DNA from: an uncultured Fibrobacterota bacterium
GTDB lineage: Bacteria > Fibrobacterota > Chitinivibrionia > Chitinivibrionales > FEN-1185
Assembly: GCA_963729895.1 (NCBI GenBank)
Contig: CAVSQB010000031.1
Location: 25,639-89,638, forward strand
Length of the DNA stretch: 64,000 nt
Direction: 5' to 3'
Below are positions 58,679 to 64,000 of the stretch, piece by piece (within the stretch, counting starts at the first letter, position 1; each line of letters opens with the position of its first letter). The position numbers and the translations under genes were made by a program. The notes under the pieces were generated by a model that worked only from the letters and a program-made list of their open reading frames with translations, made no database searches and was not told the origin of the DNA.

Positions 58679-59539
58679 CTACCGTCCCCTGTAAAATGTT
58701 CCCACCCACAACCTTCCCTTTTTGTCAATAAGAAGCGACTTGACGCACTGTCCGGCGCACCCGATGCACTCCGCCGTGTCCGCACGCGGCCCGGCCCGAA
58801 AGAGCCCCTTCTGCGTTCCCAGGATTAGCGCGCCCGAGGAATCTTTTTCGATGGCCCAGACCATGTTGCCTGGCGGCGGCACGCAAATAAGCCGGCACCC
58901 GCGTGCGCTGATGATCGCGCACACATTGCTTCCCCCGGCCACCAGCACCGAATCGAACCGGGCGAGCGTCCAGCATACAATGCCCGTGCAGTAGTCACCC
59001 ACCGGCCTTCCGGTTTCCCTGTCGTAAAGAGATATTCCCTTCATGTGCGCCACCGCGACCGTATCGCCCCAGAATGCGACATCGTGGGCGTCGCGCACGT
59101 CCTTGAAGCGGACAACCGTGTCGCCGTGCTCGCGCAGAACGCCCCGTGCCGCTGCAAGCCAGAAGGCGCCGTTTTCGTCGAGCTTCATGGACCAAGCGGG
59201 GTAAGGCGCATACCTGAGGGGCAGCAGCGTGTCTTTGACCGCATGGTAGACACCGGCATAGTAGGAGGATGTGAGCAACGAACCGTCCCGCCGGAACACC
59301 ATGGACCTGAAGGGAAGGGTTCTGCATCTGCCTACGCGGATTATGGTTTCGGGATGATCAGGATGAAACCGGAACAAGCCGTCTTCAGATGTTGAAAAGT
59401 AAATCGAGTCGTTATGCTGTTTGATACTGTAGACCCAGGAGCGAGGAACAAGATGATAGGGATACGAAGGTTGCTTTACCGAGCAAGCTGCCAGAAGAAA
59501 GCAAATTGCTGCGCATGATGTGAAAGGAATTCGCGGCAT
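58679..59539 (-). CDS. Putative beta-propeller lipoprotein (two-component regulator propeller-like)
   Basis: LAAC lipobox; repeats DENGAFWLAA, DSSGALILGTQKGL, DKKGRLWVGT. Confidence 0.7.
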   Translation of the reverse strand: MPRIPFTSCAAICFLLAACSVKQPSYPYHLVPRSWVYSIKQHNDSIYFSTSEDGLFRFHPDHPETIIRVGRCRTLPFRSMVFRRDGSLLTSSYYAGVYHAVKDTLLPLRYAPYPAWSMKLDENGAFWLAAARGVLREHGDTVVRFKDVRDAHDVAFWGDTVAVAHMKGISLYDRETGRPVGDYCTGIVCWTLARFDSVLVAGGSNVCAIISARGCRLICVPPPGNMVWAIEKDSSGALILGTQKGLFRAGPRADTAECIGCAGQCVKSLLIDKKGRLWVGTFYRGR

Positions 59540-59655
59540 TAAGTTTCCATCCGGTTTGGTTTGATAGGAAAAATAACCAAGGGCGGCAGAGGCGAAAGCG
59601 TGTTTTGTGAGAAAGACCGGCCGTTGCCCATTATATTTTGTTCCATGGCAGCACC

Positions 59656-60882
59656 ATGGCGACCATCTTTTTTGCAAAATGGGTCCTTCTCCCCTCGTTT
59701 GAGATCCTGCACAACGCCGCAGTGTCGGTTGAGAACGGCCGCATCCTGAGCGCCGGGCCCAGGAGCTGGGCACAACGGAGCGGCAATGACCGGATTGTCA
59801 ACTTGGGCGACCTGTTCCTTCTGCCCGGGCTCATTAACATCCACACCCACCTCGAAGAAAATGCGCTGCGCGACATGCCAAAGGCCGAAACCGAGACGTT
59901 CGCATCGTGGTCGGCCAAGCGCACGACGCGACTTCGACAGCTTCCGGACGCAAACGTGGAAAATGCAGTGCGGCTCGGCACCCGCGAACTGCTTTCACAC
60001 GGCATTACAACCGTGGCCGATAGTTCGCGGCGCGGTATTTCTCCCAAAGTCCTTTCACTCGAGCCCATTCGTTCGTTCGTGTTTCATGAGGCCAACCCGG
60101 ACAACATCGAAGAAGAAGAAAAACTGCTTTCCGTGCTTTCGGAGCGCATCAACGCGCAGTCCACCAAAATCCAAACCGGAGTAGGCCCGTATGCGGTATA
60201 CTCGCTGTCGCCGGGCGCTCATCTGAAACTTGCGGAGTTCGGACGCAGGAACGGATACCTGTGGGCCAGCCACGTTGCGGAGAGCTCGGAAGAACTCCAG
60301 GCATTTTCCGACCAAACCGGGGACCTGTTCTTCCAGATTACCCGCAGGAAACCCTGGCCGTTCGGCAAAGTGACAAGGGGGTCCATGGATTTTGCCCTCT
60401 CCCAAAATCTGATACCGCGGCACGCGATCTGCTTTCATTGCACTTATGTCAATGGTGCCGAGTTCGAACGCCTCGCCGCACTCGAGGCTTCGGTGGTGCT
60501 TTGCTTCCAGTATTCCTCCGAAGCCGCTCACAAGGCATTCCCCCTCGACGTTGCCCTGAAGCGCGGCGTTGTACTGTGCGCCGCAACCGAAAGCCTTTCC
60601 TGCGAACGGCCAATGAATTTGTTTGACGAGCTCTTTTGTGCGCGGCAACGCTATCCGCACGTTCCGGCATCCGAAATGATCCGGTGGATTACCGTGAACC
60701 CGGCGCGCGCGCTGGGTGCTGCTTCACAAATCGGGAGTTTGGGCCAGGGTATGCGCGCGGACATCATCGGCCTGCGGTTCCCCCAGAAGCCCGGCGCGTT
60801 CCTGCTTGACGAACTGATCATCGGAGAACCGGAGGTACGGCTCGTGCTTGTTGATGGAGAGGAAATAATAGCGGACTATTGA
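59656..60882 (+). CDS. Amidohydrolase/deaminase superfamily protein
   Basis: LPGLINIHTHLE, GITTVAD, HVAES, TVNPARALG..GSLGQGMRAD. Confidence 0.88.
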   Translation: MATIFFAKWVLLPSFEILHNAAVSVENGRILSAGPRSWAQRSGNDRIVNLGDLFLLPGLINIHTHLEENALRDMPKAETETFASWSAKRTTRLRQLPDANVENAVRLGTRELLSHGITTVADSSRRGISPKVLSLEPIRSFVFHEANPDNIEEEEKLLSVLSERINAQSTKIQTGVGPYAVYSLSPGAHLKLAEFGRRNGYLWASHVAESSEELQAFSDQTGDLFFQITRRKPWPFGKVTRGSMDFALSQNLIPRHAICFHCTYVNGAEFERLAALEASVVLCFQYSSEAAHKAFPLDVALKRGVVLCAATESLSCERPMNLFDELFCARQRYPHVPASEMIRWITVNPARALGAASQIGSLGQGMRADIIGLRFPQKPGAFLLDELIIGEPEVRLVLVDGEEIIADY

Positions 60883-60900
60883 CGAGGCCCGTTGTCGAGG

Positions 60901-63726
60901 TCAGCCCTTCAGGGTATTTACCAATTGGACAACCTTGTCGTCTTTGCCACCGGCCTTGATGAACTTGTTGTAACAATCCCGGGCCCTGGCGGTGTCCTTG
61001 ATGCCGTACAAGTAAATATTGCCCATTTCCTTGTACGCGTTGAGGAACCTGCCCTCGTCGATCTTGTTGCTCACCGACTTTTTGTACGCCGCAAGCGATT
61101 CCTTGAATTTGGAAAGCGCCCGGTATTCGTGGCCCAGGCCAAAATACAGCTGCGCGTTTCTGGGATTAAGTTCCAGACCCCGCATGAGCGCCGCAACAGA
61201 CTCTGCATGCTGATTCTGCTTGCTCAACACATGTCCGAGCAAGTAGAACACCTCGGGATTTCTCGGCGCCTTCCTTGCCACTTCCGCATAGAGATCGAAC
61301 GCGGCCTGGTTCTGGCCGAGTCCCTCGTAGGCCTTTCCCATGCCCATAAGAAAATCCACATTGTGCGGGTCGCGGCCGATCGCATTGCCGAAATGCTCCA
61401 CAGCCTTCTCGTAGTTATTATTCATCAAGCTGATCCGGCCCACGGCTGCATGCGCCAGGGGATTGTCGGGCATGAGAGTTGAGGCTGCGGTAAACGACAG
61501 GAGCGCAGCGTCCGGCCTGCCTTCGGCTTCCGCGATTTCTCCTTCGGTAAGGCGAATCCACCCGTCGTTACGCTCGTCCTTTACGCGGCCGAACAATTCC
61601 TTTGCCTTGTCGAGCATGCCCGAGCGGATGTACACGGCGCACAGGCGATACAAGGCTTCCTCGCCCTTGGGATTTTCCGAAAGGACCTTTTCGAACATCA
61701 TCCCGGCCCGATCCAGATCGCCGGACAAAAACAGCGACGCGCCCAGCCCCAAAGCCGCCGCCTCGCTGAAGGTGCCGATGTCCAGGGACTGGTTGTAGAA
61801 CTTGACCGCCAGGTCGTATTCCGCGTTGGCAAGATAGATGTCGCCAAGGCACTTGAAGCAGGAGGCGCAGGACTTGTTAAGGGTAATAGCCCTGAGCAGA
61901 AGCTGCTTCGCCGTGTCGACGCTGCCCGATTCCTTGTATAGGATGCCCGCCCATTGCAGCAGTTCCGTGTTCAAGGAATCCCGCGACAGCGCTTTTCGTA
62001 AGTAGTCGAGTGCGATTTCTTTTCTTCCGGTGGCATAGGATGCCTGCGCGAACAAGATCGCGTACGAGGTGTTGAGCGGGTCGGCCCGCAGGGCCGCGCT
62101 CAGATGCTCGCAGGCGCTGTCCTGCTGCCCAACGGCCTTAAGCACCTTGCCGTATTCGAATTGCGCGACCGCATTCCCGGGTTCCATCGACACGGCCTTG
62201 AGAAAATATGGCCGCGCCAGTTCCATCTGGTTGCGCCCGGAAAGAAACCGTCCGAACTCAAACATCGCTTCGGCGTTTACAGGAGAACAAGCAATCGCTC
62301 TCTTGAGGTGCAAGAGCCTGTTTGCCTCGTTGCCTGTTTTTTCATACGATTTGGCAAGCGAAAGATGGATCTCGGCGTTTGCGCTGTCCATGCCGCACGC
62401 GCTTTCCAGAAGAGGAATCGCGTCCCGATATTTCTGTTCCCCCACAAACATGTCCCCAAGTTCAAATTTCGGCTTGCTGTTCTTGGGCTCGGCTATGCTC
62501 CAGTCCCGGAGCACACCGGAAAGCCTTTGGGTGTCGTGCTGCGCCCGATAGCACAAGGCAAGCTGCGACAGAACCCGCACGTCGTATTTATTAATCTGGC
62601 GCGCCTGCTCAAGCGGGCCCGCCGAAGCGGCCAAATCACCGGTCCTGGTATAACAGGTGCCGAGCGTTATCAAGCATTCTTCATTCTTCGGCTGCACTGC
62701 AACCGCCTTTTTGAGCACGTCAATCGCTTCCTGGTAGTGCTCTTCCTGAAAATAGACAGCCCCGAGTTCGCACCACGCGCCGGAATCGGCAGGCGCCTGT
62801 GCAAGATACTGTTTGTACCAATTGATAGCGGCGATCCTGTTTCCCTGCGCGGCAAGGCTCTGACCCAGCATTTTCCGAAGCACGGGCTGCGCTTCGGGCA
62901 GCTCCACCGCTTTTTGGAGCACCTGCTGGGCCCGGGGAAAATCCCTCATTTGCAAATACAGTGCTGCCAGCCGTTCATACGTGGGAAAGTCTCCGGGAAA
63001 CTCAACCAGATTCTGCTCGTAGCGCCGGATCGCCTTGTCGTTCTGATTGAGCTCTTCGTACAACAGAGCGATGTGAAAATCGTACTGACGGCGCTTCTTG
63101 TCGGGCGGAAGCGCAAGCAGCTTGTCATAGTAGGACAGGGAACCCGTGTATTCACCCATCTTCTCGCTTGCCAGGGCAAGCAGTTCGAGTTGACGCCTCG
63201 TCTTCTGATTCTTCGATTGCAATAGGAGAGCAGCCGTCTCGTCGTATTGCCCCAGTGCGTAGTGCGACTCCGCGAGCATCATGCAAACGTGCTCCTGTGA
63301 AAAGGCAACAATGGGCGCCTGTTTGAGGATCTCGACAACCCTGCCATAATGATTTTCGGAGTATTCAAGGGAGGCGAGCCGAACCACTACCCCCGGATCG
63401 GCGCCGTGCTTTTGAAGGTAGGTTTCATAGGCTTTTTTCGCGGTTTCCTTTGCCCCATACCGCTCGAAACCCTCACCCGCCTTGATAAGATATTCCCTGT
63501 ATGCACTGTTGTCCAGATCATACACTTTGATACATGTTGCCGCGCCAAGGCTGTCTTGCTTTGCCTTGAATTGGTCTGCAGCAGTCTGCATGAGGGCACT
63601 TGCCAGCTTGTCTACGGTGGCCTTCATGCCTCCTTTTCCCACAGAATATGCCGGAGTTGCGGCCAGCCACATCAGCACACTCGCGATGAGAACAAATCCC
63701 TTCGTACGCACTCCGACCTCCTGCAC
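60901..63726 (-). CDS. Exported multi-TPR protein
   Basis: N-terminal hydrophobic signal; about 20 tandem 34-aa TPR-like units (LG..Y..A..P..). Confidence 0.88.
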   Translation of the reverse strand: MQEVGVRTKGFVLIASVLMWLAATPAYSVGKGGMKATVDKLASALMQTAADQFKAKQDSLGAATCIKVYDLDNSAYREYLIKAGEGFERYGAKETAKKAYETYLQKHGADPGVVVRLASLEYSENHYGRVVEILKQAPIVAFSQEHVCMMLAESHYALGQYDETAALLLQSKNQKTRRQLELLALASEKMGEYTGSLSYYDKLLALPPDKKRRQYDFHIALLYEELNQNDKAIRRYEQNLVEFPGDFPTYERLAALYLQMRDFPRAQQVLQKAVELPEAQPVLRKMLGQSLAAQGNRIAAINWYKQYLAQAPADSGAWCELGAVYFQEEHYQEAIDVLKKAVAVQPKNEECLITLGTCYTRTGDLAASAGPLEQARQINKYDVRVLSQLALCYRAQHDTQRLSGVLRDWSIAEPKNSKPKFELGDMFVGEQKYRDAIPLLESACGMDSANAEIHLSLAKSYEKTGNEANRLLHLKRAIACSPVNAEAMFEFGRFLSGRNQMELARPYFLKAVSMEPGNAVAQFEYGKVLKAVGQQDSACEHLSAALRADPLNTSYAILFAQASYATGRKEIALDYLRKALSRDSLNTELLQWAGILYKESGSVDTAKQLLLRAITLNKSCASCFKCLGDIYLANAEYDLAVKFYNQSLDIGTFSEAAALGLGASLFLSGDLDRAGMMFEKVLSENPKGEEALYRLCAVYIRSGMLDKAKELFGRVKDERNDGWIRLTEGEIAEAEGRPDAALLSFTAASTLMPDNPLAHAAVGRISLMNNNYEKAVEHFGNAIGRDPHNVDFLMGMGKAYEGLGQNQAAFDLYAEVARKAPRNPEVFYLLGHVLSKQNQHAESVAALMRGLELNPRNAQLYFGLGHEYRALSKFKESLAAYKKSVSNKIDEGRFLNAYKEMGNIYLYGIKDTARARDCYNKFIKAGGKDDKVVQLVNTLKG

Positions 63727-64000
63727 CCTTAACGCGCCCGTCTTTTAAGAGACTGCTCCGGAACCCAACTCCGGCCCGAATTCCCTTTTCACCATATTCA
63801 AATAATATGCTTTTGTCAATTTAGCAGCTGCTGTCTCGCGGAGAAATACCCTCGCTCCCGGGCACCGGGTAAACCCGAAAGTTCTCTTTTCCCCGGCACC
63901 TGATCGGAATCACCCAGCATTTTACAGAATCACAACTTGCTTTCCGCCTTGATTATACAGCAGCTGCCACAAGACTGCAATCTTTTTCTTCAACAACGTA

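Larger units (their letters stand above)
57587..58828 (+). pseudogene. Zinc-ribbon Nudix hydrolase interrupted by IS200 (fragments 57587-57917 and 58464-58828)
   Basis: YCPSCG..CPSCGFVYFHN, Nudix box GGFCNYGESLEDALVREVREE; joining 57917 to 58464 restores in-frame GSF-P-NVYRYKSVTY. The 3' end overlaps the convergent gene and is uncertain. Confidence 0.88.

Overview
GC-rich bacterial chromosome segment, mostly housekeeping and metabolic genes. An FCB-group anaerobe, plausibly Fibrobacterota, is inferred from the region-1.1-less RpoD-family sigma factor and T9SS-like C-terminal domains; this was not verified by search. Contents in order: ettA; a group 3b-type [NiFe]-hydrogenase operon with hypABF and hypCDE; der-gpsA; pyrKD-rlpA; an ExbB-ExbD-ExbD-TonB-TBDT-lipoprotein locus; gap-pgk-tpiA-secG-tRNA-Leu-rlmN; kdsA; a GH128 glucanase; pgm-Ser/Thr kinase-ParA; a sigma factor; several carbohydrate/secreted proteins; a large TPR protein. 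Mobile DNA: two near-identical 1312-bp IS5-family copies in inverted orientation, each with its own target duplication, and a complete 546-bp IS200 element that splits a Nudix gene. The most notable unexplained signal is non-coding. Four dispersed copies of an intergenic element (one split by IS5) share a 7-bp helix with compensatory changes around an exactly 40-nt gap-free core. A second two-copy multi-hairpin element and a tandem pair of anti-SD/terminator sRNA-like units are also present. All calls are from reading the sequence by eye; no database searches were run.
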